From contig NC_068986.1 in assembly GCF_001194135.2 (NCBI RefSeq), positions 77,221,637 to 77,285,636 of the forward strand: 64,000 nt of DNA. Direction: 5' to 3'. Both the position numbers and the translations under genes were made by a program. The DNA comes from Octopus bimaculoides. Taxonomy: Eukaryota. The first letter of the stretch is position 1, and each line of letters opens with the position of its first letter. The notes below the pieces were generated by a model. It was not told the origin of the DNA and did not search any database. It worked only from the letters and a program-made list of their open reading frames with translations. Of this stretch, positions 1 to 12,140 are shown piece after piece.

Positions 1-420
1 CTATGCTGGATCATAGATATAGCATGCCCCGCTGACAACAAGGTATGCGATAAGGAAGAAAGAAAAGTCGAGAGACATGACAGGCTAGCTTGGAAAGTTA
101 AGCAGTTATGGTCGCTGAAAAGGTTGAAGTAGTACCAAATAATTGTCGGAGCCTTGGGAACAGTGAGCAAAAATCTCGAGAAGTTCGTGGAACAAATAGG
201 GGCTGCAATAAGGGTGGAGCACTTGCAGAAAACAGTACTGCTTGGAATCACTCGAATACTCCGGAAGGTGCTCGAAAAATAAGAGGTGTTACCTTAGTTC
301 ACTATTAGTGAACAGTTGACACTGTAGTACATCTCCAGCGTTAGAAGCTGTGCAAAGCAATAATAATGGTGGTAATAATAACAACAACAACAATAATAAT
401 TATAATAACAATAATAATAA
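1..420 (+). mobile_element. 3' end of an R4/Dong-clade (RLE-type) non-LTR retrotransposon with (TAA/CAA)n tail
   Basis: Frameshifted translation IIDIACPADNKVCDKEERKVERHDRLAWKVKQLW..VPIIVGALGTVSKNLEK..LQKTVLLGITRILRKVL* resembles the restriction-like endonuclease C-terminus; short 3' UTR, then a TAA-rich tail at ~360-420. Confidence 0.7.
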
Positions 421-444
421 TGAAATTGTTGTTTATAGCGCTCA

Positions 445-1532
445 GGTGCACTACAATAAATAAATAAATAAAAAGCATTAGGCTTACAGTTAGCGAATTT
501 CAGGAAGCATGGAAGTTTTAAAGGATATAGTGTCTCGACAGCTAACAACCGATGCAGGTAGTTTATTCCATGTTTCAGCAATTCTGAGCGTGAAAAAAAT
601 GTATAACGGAGAAAGGGGACGTGAACGAATAGATTTAGATAAGTTGAATAAGCGACTATTGCTAAAAGAGAATGCCGATCATATTACAGTCTGGGACAAG
701 GATTTAAATGATTTCAGTTCTGCTGGGTCTGTTGATGTTGCTGTAGTCTGCTGTCTGTTGCGGTAACGATGAAGACCGGAGAAGGCTGGTTGAAGAAAGC
801 TGTGAGACAGGCTGGATTTCTGGTTTATCGACGCTGGTCCAAAGAGACGTGATGTGTGTGGTCAATAGCTGCTGCCAAAGACCAAGAGAGGTAGAATACA
901 AGGGTTTTTATAACCCTGGGTAGGCTCCAGATACAAAGTGATCTTTTCCGCGTTGAAAACAAACTGTTGCAAACACGCGATTGAACTGTTAGTAACCGAT
1001 AATACATGCAACTAGTTTGGCAAGCGACTAGGTTATGTGACTCAATGGAAAGAAAAGCTTTGTTGAGCCTATTCTGTAGTATTTAAGCTTAAACAATCAA
1101 ATGTAATAAAAGCATTACACATTTCTGCTACAAATGTTTCCGGGTGCTGTGTTTTTGATTTTGGAAGCATGTTCACGAATGTTTGACATATAGAATTCAA
1201 AAAGGTGCCCAAGGCTGTTGTTGGAAAGATGGTGGATAATCTTGTGGGTGTCTACCAAGTCAGTTGCCAGATGTACAAGCTTTAATGTGTCCATGTACAG
1301 GAAAGCAAGACATTCAGAGTATGGTAGATGCCTAACGACGGGTATCCGTTTGGTTGCACGTTTCTGAACAGTTTCCAAGAAATTGATATACTGAGCTAGA
1401 TAGGGATTCCAGACTGGTGATGCAAGCTCTAAGTGTGGACGTACCACAGTCATATACAGTTTTAAAAAGATAGCTGGAGAGCGGCTGACAAAGGTCTTAC
1501 TGAGTGATGCTAAGACACCCTCAGCCTTCTTG
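445..1532 (-). mobile_element. CR1-clade LINE RT C-terminus and 3' end, split by a 533-bp insertion
   Basis: 1133-1532 gives KKAEGVLASLSKTFVSRSPAIFLKLYMTVVRPHLELASPVWNPY..LETVQKRATKRIP; 445-599 continues with FFTLRIAETWNKLPASVVSCRDTISFK, the typical CR1 terminus. Confidence 0.75.
600..1132 (+). mobile_element. Candidate solo LTR
   Basis: TGTA...TACA termini, AATAAA ~25 nt before the 3' end, non-coding, interrupts a contiguous CR1 coding motif. TSD is ambiguous. Confidence 0.5.
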
Positions 1533-1633
1533 ANNNNNNNNNNNNNNNNNNNNNNNNNNNNNNNNNNNNNNNNNNNNNNNNNNNNNNNNNNNNNNNNNNN
1601 NNNNNNNNNNNNNNNNNNNNNNNNNNNNNNNNN

Positions 1634-3060
1634 GCCTTCATCATCTTGCCTACTGCTGCTGTCTTCATCATCCTGCTCACTGCAGCTGGTTCCATCCTCT
1701 GAAGCCCTGACAATCTTCCGCACATCCAAAACATGGCGTGGCATACCATCGACTGAGACGTTGTTCTTCGAATTGATGGAGGTTATAGTTCCTTTCCCCC
1801 ATTGTGATGTGCACCGTGCATTTGGGGGTTTTACCCAAACTTCTTCCCCGATCTGCACGAAGCCGTGCTCTTCTTCTCCCCGGAGTCGCATTGATGCAAT
1901 ACACGGGTGCCTCCACTCGTACCTGAATATTGCCCTGTGTGGGACCGACTCCTCAGCCTATCCTGACCTGGGCGACATATTGTACCAAAATACGGCCTCG
2001 ATTGGCGAAATGCGACCCCTCTCTGCCATGGTCTTGATGGTACGATGATGCCTTTCCACCACTCCATTTCCACTTGGCCGGTATGCCGCCCTGAAGAAGC
2101 GGCTGATCTNNNNNNNNNNNNNNNNNNNNNNNNNNNNNNNNNNNNNNNNNNNNNNNNNNNNNNNNNNNNNNNNNNNNNNNNNNNNNNNNNNNNNNNNNNN
2201 NNNNNNNNNNNNNNNNNNNNNNNNNNNNNNNNNNNNNNNNNNNNNNNNNNNNNNNNNNNNNNNNNNNNNNNNNNNNNNNNNNNNNNNNNNNNNNNNNNNN
2301 NNNNNNNNNNNNNNNNNNNNNNNNNNNNNNNNNNNNNNNNNNNNNNNNNNNNNNNNNNNNNNNNNNNNNNNNNNNNNNNNNNNNNNNNNNNNNNNNNNNN
2401 NNNNNNNNNNNNNNNNNNNNNNNNNNNNNNNNNNNNNNNNNNNNNNNNNNNNNNNNNNNNNNNNNNNNNNNNNNNNNNNNNNNNNNNNNNNNNNNNNNNN
2501 NNNNNNNNNNNNNNNNNNNNNNNNNNNNNNNNNNNNNNNNNNNNNNNNNNNNNNNNNNNNNNNNNNNNNNNNNNNNNNNNNNNNNNNNNNNNNNNNNNNN
2601 NNNNNNNNNNNNNNNNNNNNNNNNNNNNNNNNNNNNNNNNNNNNNNNNNNNNNNNNNNNNNNNNNNNNNNNNNNNNNNNNNNNNNNNNNNNNNNNNNNNN
2701 NNNNNNNNNNNNNNNNNNNNNNNNNNNNNNNNNNNNNNNNNNNNNNNNNNNNNNNNNNNNNNNNNNNNNNNNNNNNNNNNNNNNNNNNNNNNNNNNNNNN
2801 NNNNNNNNNNNNNNNNNNNNNNNNNNNNNNNNNNNNNNNNNNNNNNNNNNNNNNNNNNNNNNNNAGCCCCCACTTCAAGGCCAGGTTCACCCCCTTCAAC
2901 ACGGCATCCAACTCCGCCACGTTGATATGGTTGCAGTCATCCATCTTCCACCACGGTGCCTCCCATTTCCAAGACGACCCCTATTGCGATGCTACTGGCG
3001 TCACATCAAACGATCCCACTCTTTGATTTGAGAACATACCAACTGCCCCTCACTGGATCC
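1634..3060 (-). mobile_element. Ty3/Gypsy pol fragment (RNase H, gap, integrase core and C-terminus)
   Basis: DDCNHINVAELDAVLKGVNLALKWG (RNase H-like); FRAAYRPSGNGVVERHHRTIKTMAER..AVFWYN (integrase G..ER motif); IGEEVWVKPPNARCTSQWGKG (C-terminal GPY/F-like region). Middle part is N. Confidence 0.8.
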
Positions 3061-3247
3061 TCTGCTCTCACTCTGACCAAGACTTCCTGCATTATGTCGG
3101 TCGTTTTCTCCCAAGTGTTTTTCTTTTTTTTTTAAGACGGTAGGGAGTGATTTGACGGAGATATTTGACGCTAGCAGAGTCGAGTTTTGTAGAACCAGCC
3201 CTAGCTAGTTCCAGCTTTTCTAAAACTGCTTTAATGTTAATCTATAC

Positions 3248-3392
3248 CAGTCATGGGCAAACTATGGCCCGCGAAACTTTCTGAATGCCTAACAAACGGA
3301 AAATTACCTTGAAATTTTTTTAGTAGTTCGGCTCGCCTGATGATGTTCCATATCTCATGTGGACCGCATCCCAAAAAAGCTACCCATGCTTG
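3248..3392. mobile_element. hAT (Charlie-type) MITE, 145 bp
   Basis: TIR-like ends CAGTCATGGGCAAACT / AGCTACCCATGCTTG; 8-bp TSD ATCTATAC (3240-3247) / ATCTGTAC (3393-3400). Confidence 0.65.
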
Positions 3393-4132
3393 ATCTGTAC
3401 TATTCCTATTTTTTATTTGTGTGAACTATTACCATAGTGCCATCTTAAGGCATGGGCTCACAGGTCAGTTGCCTAGGGACCTTACAGATCTACGGGCTCT
3501 ATATATGCTGTGATTTGCTGTCAATAAATATATACCACAGGGCCCAGGGATTCATTTGCTCGAAGGCCTATAATACTTCTAAGGCAGCTCTGTAATGTAC
3601 ATGGAGACGTTCTATTTCGAATCCTTTGTAGATCCACATTTGTTAGCGAAGACGTCTGAGATAGAGCGCTGGACTAAATACTTTACTATAATCTAGTTTG
3701 TCCCATCGGTATCCTGTTCAAACCATCCTGTTGTTGATTTGTCTTTGATACTTCAAGATTCAGTAACATAATACAAGAAATAGGCTGTATCAATCGCGTC
3801 ACTCCCGCTTGTATAGATTTGTGATTTTATGTCTAAAAGGAGAAATTTATTATTGTTATTGAAATTGTTTACTTAGTGTAGACTGAACCTTTGGGTTCAT
3901 TTGTATCATCTTTCGAATATCAGCTACTTTTCTCAAATCATTCTTTTAAAAGCATTTCAAAATTCTAATATAAATATAGGGGACTTTTTCCCCCCTGATA
4001 TATAAATATCATGAGGAAGATATTGTTCGCGAGAAGTGTCAACAACAGATTGAAGGGAAATATATATGCGTGTGTACGTGTGCTGTGCGCGCGCATGTGT
4101 GTGTGTACATGTGGTGCGTATGTGTATGTAAA

Positions 4133-4290
4133 ATTTAATGTACACAATATAAAATAGGAGCTTATAACACTTTCTTGCCGTGGAGATACTGTAATTAGGT
4201 ATGCCCTGTGCCTAAAGATTGCTTGCCTAATTACGGTGTCACCATGGCAAGAAACTATTAGTAGCTCTTATAATATTGTGTATATTAAAT
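4133..4290 (+). repeat. 158-nt imperfect palindrome / RNA hairpin
   Basis: 4171-4201 pairs with 4224-4254 (26 WC, 4 G-U, 1 A-A; 22-nt loop). Outer stems 4154-4162/4263-4271 and 4133-4150/4273-4290 each have one G-U. Confidence 0.85.
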
Positions 4291-4659
4291 GATATTTATC
4301 TTTCACTGGATAGAGAACCTTTTTTATGATCCTACCCTAACGGAACAGTAAACTATANNNNNNNNNNNNNNNNNNNNNNNNNNNNNNNNNNNNNNNNNNN
4401 NNNNNNNNNNNNNNNNNNNNNNNNNNNNNNNNNNNNNNNNNNNNNNNNNNNNNNNNNNNNNNNNNNNNNNNNNNNNNNNNNNNNNNNNNNNNNNNNNNNN
4501 NNNNNNNNNNNNNNNNNNNNNNATATATATATTCAATTATGTAATGTGATGTTCTGGAATTATTAAATGACTCAAGGTTAATCCCGACTACAGTACTTGG
4601 GATTGTCTTTTCACTGAATAAATTAGAACATCTTTTGCATTAATGTCAGCTGGTGAGTG

Positions 4660-4869
4660 CCCGCCCACGTGCCCGGCATATAAACATTATCGTTTAGCTA
4701 CGTCTGCTATGCACAGAATAGCTGATGTGTGTATATTAGTTTTGTCTGTCCACCTACGCTTATACATGACGTCAGCAAACATGGTGGATATGGGATGTCT
4801 GTTTGTTTACCGGTGACACTTGAGTCCAACTAAATTCTTCCATTTCTCAAACCTCCCCAACGCCCAACC
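4660..4869 (+). promoter_or_regulatory. Probable STX16 proximal promoter / 5' UTR
   Basis: Locally CpG-richer. E-box CCACGTG 4665-4671, perfect CRE TGACGTCA 4767-4774 and YY1-like CAAACATGGTGG just after it, 100-200 nt upstream of the ATG (context CCAACCATGG). Confidence 0.55.
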
Positions 4870-4950
4870 ATGGCTACTCGGAGTTTAACTGAAGTTTTTA
4901 TATTAATGCGGAATAATGCACTTCAAAGTCGACATATATTTTCCGAACAA
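4870..4950 (+). CDS. STX16: Syntaxin-16 exon 1 (N-peptide)
   Basis: MATRSLTEVFILMRNNALQSRHIFSEQ matches the STX16 N-peptide (human MATRRLTDAFLLLRNN..AEQ, recalled); donor GTGAGT at 4951, phase 0. Not in the ORF track. Confidence 0.92.
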
Positions 4951-5416
4951 GTGAGTAATTCAACCTCCAGTTCTTGCTGCTTATGATAAAGTGATGATTT
5001 CCAACTACTCTAGTTCTCTCATTGATGACAACACGCTTGAACTTAATTTAATAGTTTCCCTCACCCACTTACCTCCCTATCATACACTCAGCAACCATTA
5101 GTTGCTGTTGCTGCCTGCAGTGAATGCATCTTGATCATTGCAGTTACATATTACATGCAACTTTATAATCCGTACTTGTCACTTTACAACAGGCTTGTAA
5201 CTGTTTTTGTACCAACATAACACTCACTAGCATTTTCCTTATAATTCTCTCCTTTTATAGCTTATCCATATGGTTTTTTAGAATATATTTTTACATTAAT
5301 TAAATGTTCATATGCGTTGGACCCATTACAATATTTCTAATTGCATGAATAAATTTGGTCAGTAATAAAAATAAATAATATTTAATTGTAAATCATAGTA
5401 ATAATTGTTTCTAATG

Positions 5417-5930
5417 TAGGCGCAAGGCTAGAAATTTGGGAGGAGGGTCAGTCCAATAAATGGACCCAGTACGAGACTGGTACTTAATGTTATTACCCAC
5501 GAAAGGGGGCGTTGACCTCTGCGGGATTGGAACGTAAAAGGCCGTAATAATTGTAAGGCATTTCGTCCGATTCCTTTAACTAGTCTGCGAAGGGTGGAAG
5601 TTAGTCGATTAAATTGCCTCAGTATTTGACTTATTTTATTTCATCAACCCTCCAAAATTGAGAGGTAAAGTTCACCTCGTTGAGATTTCATTTCAGAGTT
5701 TAGGGAGCTAATAAACTAAAAACCGACGTCCTAATGATTGTGCCAATCCATTCTAGTATAAGGCCATATATTTGAAAGGATCAGTTAGATGATTAACTGC
5801 CTGGTACTTCATATGATCGACCGTGGAAAGGTGAAAGGCAAAGTTGACTTCAGCGAGATTTGAACTTAAAACGTAAAGAGCTGGAGCAAATATCGCTATG
5901 TATTTTGACTATTAATTAATCTTCCACCTA
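5417..5930 (-). mobile_element. Three tandem tRNA-derived SINE copies (Meta-domain-like core)
   Basis: Reverse complements of the core GAGTTCAAATT..GTCGACTTTGCCTTTCATCCTT..GGGGTCGATAAATTAAGTACCAG seen many times in the window. Confidence 0.7.
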
Positions 5931-6882
5931 ACAATAATGATCATAACAGATTAATTGTGAAGTTTACATGATTTTCTAGGGTTTTAAAAATATTCCAACG
6001 CAGGGACAGGGCTACAAATTTGAATAAACTTTCTGGGGAAAAAAAAAATTAATCATTTTGAGAAAGTCGAAGAGGTGTGTCGATAACATAGCATAAAATT
6101 GATGATTTTTTGTAACCTACTTCTAAGCCAGTTTTATAGGTAAAATATTATAGCCGATTGCATTATGGATTCAAAATGTTATTGATATTGAAAGTATAAA
6201 AAGCAATGTCTAATCCAGCGAACTTGTTTTTCCTTAAATTTATTTGATCCATTGATAAGATTAAAACAGACCGTCAAGTTTGCTTTCTTTTACTTCCATG
6301 ATTACCAAACATATAATAAATACATTGTATTTAAATCAAACATGTTTCTATTCTCCTCGTCGAACGCTTGAATTTTCCTTGGCATGTGTGACGTTCTGAT
6401 ATTCTAAGCTGCAACACTTGTTCTAATCAAACAGCTTTGTTATTTCTTCAAATAAAGATTAGTAAAATAATTTATTAAAAATTACCCATATATATATATA
6501 TATANNNNNNNNNNNNNNNNNNNNNNNNNNNNNNNNNNNNNNNNNNNNNNNNNNNNNNNNNNNNNNNNNNNNNNNNNNNNNNNNNNNNNNNNNNNNNNNN
6601 NNNNNNNNNNNNNNNNNNNNNNNNNNNNNNNNNNNNNNNNNNNNNNNNNNNNNNNNNNNNNNNNNNNNNNNNNNNNNNNNNNNNNNNNNNNNNNNNTTTT
6701 AGATTTTGTAATGGAAATTTACCTGGATTTTAAGAACTGCGTAGAGATGATATTTCCCTGGATATCATTCTTGCCTAAATACCATTTATTTCCTTGTTTT
6801 CAATGTTATCGTTACTCTAAAAAAAAAAAAAAGAAATTTTGTTATAGACGAATCTTCAGTGGCAACGAATCTCCTACGTGTG

Positions 6883-6922
<40 letters not shown>

Positions 6923-7633
6923 AATACGGATATGTGATAATTAAAAAAAACACTACATATTTAAAATCGCAGAACTCTTTAAAACAGCTTGTTGCAATTA
7001 GCCCTTAAACAAATTATATTTACAAGTGTGACTAGATTTGTTTAACCTATTCCACACACGATAGTAAATAACCTAAGTCGTATGTTGAGTCGTAAGACAT
7101 AAAAAATTCTCTTTTTTTTTAAACCCTCTATCAAACAGTTGTTTAGCCCACAATCAACTCTGATCAAACAACTACGATATGAGGAAGGGCATTTTTGCCA
7201 TGACCATCATGTTTTTTTAAGGATATGTAGGACTACATTATTTAATGTTACCTATTATTTATTCATTTTATTTTTTATTATTTTATTTTTCTAGGTAGTG
7301 TTTCATTTGGAGAGTTTGACTGTTTTTTTCAAAAGCTTAAGCGACCACGTAGAGGCACTGTGTTATAAACATTTGTTATATATTATAACGAATCTGATGA
7401 ATATTTCTATTGCTCACATATGCGCATTAGTATTTGTGTATGTTCTTTTTTTTTTTTATCTTGGTTTGAAAAGAAATATTTCTTATATCTTTCTTATTTT
7501 ATGATCTAAATTACATTAGTCAACAATAATTCCAGGAATCAAAGAGCTGCATTTTTGTTGCGCTTGCCATGTTAAATCTCTTCATGTTATTTAATCAATA
7601 TTTGATATTTTCAAAGGTTATGTTACCCTCAAG

Positions 7634-7675
<42 letters not shown>

Positions 7676-8299
7676 NNNNNNNNNNNNNNNNNNNNNNNNN
7701 NNNNNNNNNNNNNNNNNNNNNNNNNNNNNNNNNNNNNNNNNNNNNNNNNNNNNNNNNNNNNNNNNNNNNNNNNNNNNNNNNNNNNNNNNNNNNNNNNNNN
7801 NNNNNNNNNNNNNNNNNNNNNNNNNNNNNNNNNNNNNNNNNNNNNNNNNNNNNNNNNNNNNNNNNNNNNNNNNNNNNNNNNNNNNNNNNNNNNNNNNNNN
7901 NNNNNNNNNNNNNNNNNNNNNNNNNNNNNNNNNNNNNNNNNNNNNNNNNNNNNNNNNNNNNNNNNNNNNNNNNNNNNNNNNNNNNNNNNNNNNNNNNNNN
8001 NNNNNNNNNNNNNNNNNNNNNNNNNNNNNNNNNNNNNNNNNNNNNNNNNNNNNNNNNNNNNNNNNNNNNNNNNNNNNNNNNNNNNNNNNNNNNNNNNNNN
8101 NNNNNNNNNNNNNNNNNNNNNNNNNNNNNNNNNNNNNNNNNNNNNNNNNNNNNNNNNNNNNNNNNNNNNNNNNNNNNNNNNNNNNNNNNNNNNNNNNNNN
8201 NNNNNNNNNNNNNNNNNNNNNNNNNNNNNNNNNNNNNNNNNNNNNNNNNNNNNNNNNNNNNNNNNNNNNNNNNNNNNNNNNNNNATATATGTGTTGTGT

Positions 8300-8865
8300 G
8301 TGCTCCTTTATTTGTTTGTCATTTGACTGCGGCCATGCTGGAGCACCGCCTTTAGTTGAACAAATCGACCTCAGGACATATTCTTTGTAACCTAGTACTT
8401 ATTCTATCGGAACTTTTTGCTGAACCGCTAAGTTACGGGGAGGTAAACACACCAACTTCGGTTGTCAAGCAATGGTGGTGGGGACAAACACACACGAGCA
8501 TATACAGACATATATATGTAGGATCTTCCAGGCATGGAGTGGATTCGATCCACCATAGCCAAATTTAAATAGCACAGTAACAGAACTTTTCCCACGGTGG
8601 AACAGCAGTTTTACATTTGCCAGATTGCCTTAGCTAGGCCGAAATAATGTCTTCACTTGCTGACTTCTTTCAGTTTCCTTCTACCAAATCCACTCACAAG
8701 GCTTTGGTGGGCCCAAGGCCATAGTAGAAGACACTCGCCCAAGGCGCAACGGTTATATATATTATATATATAAATATATACACGTATATATATATATATA
8801 TATTATATATAATATATATTATGTATAGGCACAGGAGTGGCTGTATGGTAAGAAGTAGCTTACGG
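8300..8865 (-). mobile_element. SINE fragments (Meta-like copy 8300-8500; CORE-like pieces 8640-8865)
   Basis: Similar to the copies at 36060-36425 and 14588-14925. Confidence 0.55.
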
Positions 8866-9885
8866 AAAGACTTCCGCCCCCCCCCTTTTCTTTCATATTT
8901 GTTTATTTAAAAAAAGTTTTTGCCAAAAATCCCCGTTTTCAGATACGAAGGTTCCGGAAAATTGCCAAAAATCGGCATTGTGAANNNNNNNNNNNNNNNN
9001 NNNNNNNNNNNNNNNNNNNNNNNNNNNNNNNNNNNNNNNNNNNNNNNNNNNNNNNNNNNNNNNNNNNNNNNNNNNNNNNNNNNNNNNNNNNNNNNNNNNN
9101 NNNNNNNNNNNNNNNNNNNNNNNNNNNNNNNNNNNNNNNNNNNNNNNNNNNNNNNNNNNNNNNNNNNNNNNNNNNNNNNNNNNNNNNNNNNNNNNNNNNN
9201 NNNNNNNNNNNNNNNNNNNNNNNNNNNNNNNNNNNNNNNNNNNNNNNNNNNNNNNNNNNNNNNNNNNNNNNNNNNNNNNNNNNNNNNNNNNNNNNNNNNN
9301 NNNNNNNNNNNNNNNNNNNNNNNNNNNNNNNNNNNNNNNNNNNNNNNNNNNNNNNNNNNNNNNNNNNNNNNNNNNNNNNNNNNNNNNNNNNNNNNNNNNN
9401 NNNNNNNNNNNNNNNNNNNNNNNNNNNNNNNNNNNNNNNNNNNNNNNNNNNNNNNNNNNNNNNNNNNNNNNNNNNNNNNNNNNNNNNNNNNNNNNNNNNN
9501 NNNNNNNNNNNNNNNNNNNNNNNNNNNNNNNNNNNNNNNNNNNNNNNNNNNNNNNNNNNNNNNNNNNNNNNNNNNNNNNNNNNNNNNNNNNNNNNNNNNN
9601 NNNNNNNNNNNNNNNNNNNNNNNNNNNNNNNNNNNNNNNNNNNNNNNNNNNNNNNNNNNNNNNNNNNNNNNNNNNNNNNNNNNNNNNNNNNNNNNNNNNN
9701 NNNNNNNNNNNNNNNNNNNNNNNNNNNNNNNNNNNNNNNNNNNNNNNNNNNNNNNNNNNNNNNNNNNNNNNNNNNNNNNNNNNNNNNNNNNNNNNNNNNN
9801 NNNNNNNNNNNNNNNNNNNNNNNNNNNNNNNNNNNNNNNNNNNNNNNNNNNNNNNNNNNNNNNNNNNNNNNNNNNNNNNNNNNNN

Positions 9886-10690
9886 NTGCCTTGCCGGGTC
9901 TTCTCACGTACTGCATATTTCCAAAGGTTCCGGTCACTGGTCATTGCCTCGGTGAAGCCTAAAGTTCGAAGGTTGTGCTTCACTACCTCATCCCAGGTCT
10001 TCCTGGGTCTACCTCTTTCACAGGTTCCCTCAACTGCTAGGGCGTGGCGCTTTTTCACACAGCTATCCTCATCCATTCTTGCCACATGTCCATACCAGCG
10101 CAATCGTCTCTCTTGCACACCACAACTGATTCTTCTTAGGTCTAACTTTTCTCTCAAGGTACTTACACTCTGTCGAGTATGCACACTGACATTATACATC
10201 CATTAGAACATACAGGCTTCGTTTCTTGCGAACTTACGCATGTCCTCAGCAGTCACGGCCCATGTTTCACTGCCATGTAGCATGGCAGTTAGTACACATG
10301 CATCATACAGTCTGCTTTTTACTCTGAGCCAGAGGCCCTTTGTCATCAGCAGAGGTAAGTGCTCTCTGAACATTGCCCAGGCTATTCTTATTCTAGCAGC
10401 TACACTTTCAGCGCACCCTCCCCTGCTACTGACTTGGTCACCTAGATAGCAGAAGCTATCAACTATTCTAGTTTTTCTTTCTGGAGTGTGGCAAAGTTTG
10501 TTTTCTGCACATTTTCAGTGTTTATTGCTCCTGAGCATCTGCCACATACAAAAACTATCTTGCTAGTTAACCTTCCTTTGATATTACTGCACCTCTTATG
10601 TGTCCATAGCTTACACTGGGTACATTTTATGGAGTTTCTACCTATGCCTTTTCTACAGATCGAGCAGGGCTATCTACCTGAAGGGTTTTG
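9886..10690 (-). mobile_element. RTE-clade LINE, RT C-terminal fragment
   Basis: YLGDQVSSRGGCAESVAARIRIAW..RVKSRLYDACVLTAM..RRLRWYGHVARMDEDSCVKK..GTCERGRPRKTWDEVV; same family as 44290-45536. Confidence 0.9.
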
Positions 10691-10759
10691 TGTTTTGTCT
10701 AACTTCCTATTTATATAATATATAATATATATATATAATATATATATAAGTATATATAA

Positions 10760-10982
10760 ATATCATCATCGTTTAACATCCGCTTTCCATACTAGCATGG
10801 GTTGGACGATTTGACTGAGGACTGGTGAACCAGATGGCTACACCAGGCTCCAAATCTCCTAATGCCAACCACTCCAAGAGTGTAGTGGGTGCTTTTACAT
10901 GCCACTGGCACGAAGGCCAGTCAGGTGGTACTGGCAACAGCCACACTCAAAATGGTGCATTTTACATGCCACATGCACACAC

Positions 10983-11014
<32 letters not shown>

Positions 11015-11440
11015 NNNNNNNNNNNNNNNNNNNNNNNNNNNNNNNNNNNNNNNNNNNNNNNNNNNNNNNNNNNNNNNNNNNNNNNNNNNNNNNNNNNNNN
11101 NNNNNNNNNNNNNNNNNNNNNNNNNNNNNNNNNAGCATGGGTTGAACGATTTGACTGAGGACTGATGAACCAGATGGCTGCACCAGGCTCCAATCTGATC
11201 TGGCAGAGTTTCTACAGCTGGATGTCCTTCCTAATGCCAACCACTCCGAGAGTGTAGTGGGTGCTTTTACGTGCCACTGGCACGAAGGCCAGTCAGGCGG
11301 TACTGGCAACGGCCATGCTCAAAATGGTGTATTTTACGTGCCACCTGCACAGGAGCCAGTCCAGCGGCACTGGCAATGATCTTGCTTGAATGTCTTTACA
11401 AGTGCCAGGAAGGTGATGCTGGGCACAGATGCCATCACAA
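10760..11440 (-). mobile_element. Two RTE 3'-tail fragments either side of an N gap
   Basis: Reverse complement of the RTE 3' UTR and (GAT)n tail seen intact at 45350-45536. Confidence 0.8.
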
Positions 11441-11459
11441 TTTCGCTTAATATATCAAA

Positions 11460-12140
11460 CTTAAACTCCATGGATTTGGGGAAGTCTATTTAACTTCAGA
11501 CTCTGTATTTAGTGTGAAATCCAGAAGCCAAGGCAACTGGTGATGATCTGTGTTAGTAACAATTGAAACATTGAAGAGTGCTCTTGTGTATGATGGCAAT
11601 GAAGGTAGAACAAGTCATTAGTCAAGAAAAAAGAAAACAGTGTCTTCAATTTTTGAAGGTCTTCTAAATATAATGAAGTTTATATTGTTCATGTCCTGTT
11701 TGAACAATTGCAAATTCCAGTGCATTGTAGTCCTGGGGAGAAAGGACTGGCTAAAATTTTTGGTGCTGGATCTGAGTAAAGTTGACTGGAGGAGTAGGAG
11801 AGTAAGATGATATTTGTTGGAGATAGTTTAGCAGATAGCTATTTCAGAAAAACAGAGGCTGCAGTAATAGAGTAACAGGCAGAGATGAAGCTGTGCCTCT
11901 TGAACCAGTCATTGAAGAGTATTATTGATGAGAGATTCATTGTCAATTAGTTGATGACCTTATTTGGGGGTGCAGTATTGGATGTTTGTGTTTGTGATGG
12001 TTCACTACTTGTTAAATGTGAACAAGACTCCAGTGGATATCTTATGTGAGCTTTGTAGAAAATAACAACTGATCAAGGATGAAATATTTTGTGGCCCTAA
12101 AGAAGAACCTTAGTTTTTCTGATAGTCTTGGTCAATTGTC
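11460..12140 (-). mobile_element. Degenerate CR1-like LINE fragment
   Basis: Broken minus-strand frames resembling the CR1 endonuclease-RT linker and RT start; heavily decayed. Confidence 0.4.

Noticed and set aside
4186-4222. Resemblance of the hairpin 5' arm (ATACTGT..AGGTA..AAAGAT) to miR-8/miR-200
   Set aside because: The match is discontinuous, runs into the loop, and lacks the AAUACUG seed in register.
4951-4989. Extended STX16 exon 1, as in the longer human isoform
   Set aside because: An in-frame stop follows VSNSTSSSCCL with no convincing downstream donor before it.
10793-11345. Apparent tandem duplication of ~200 bp across an N gap
   Set aside because: Both are copies of the high-copy RTE tail; assembly redundancy or two ordinary insertions explain it.
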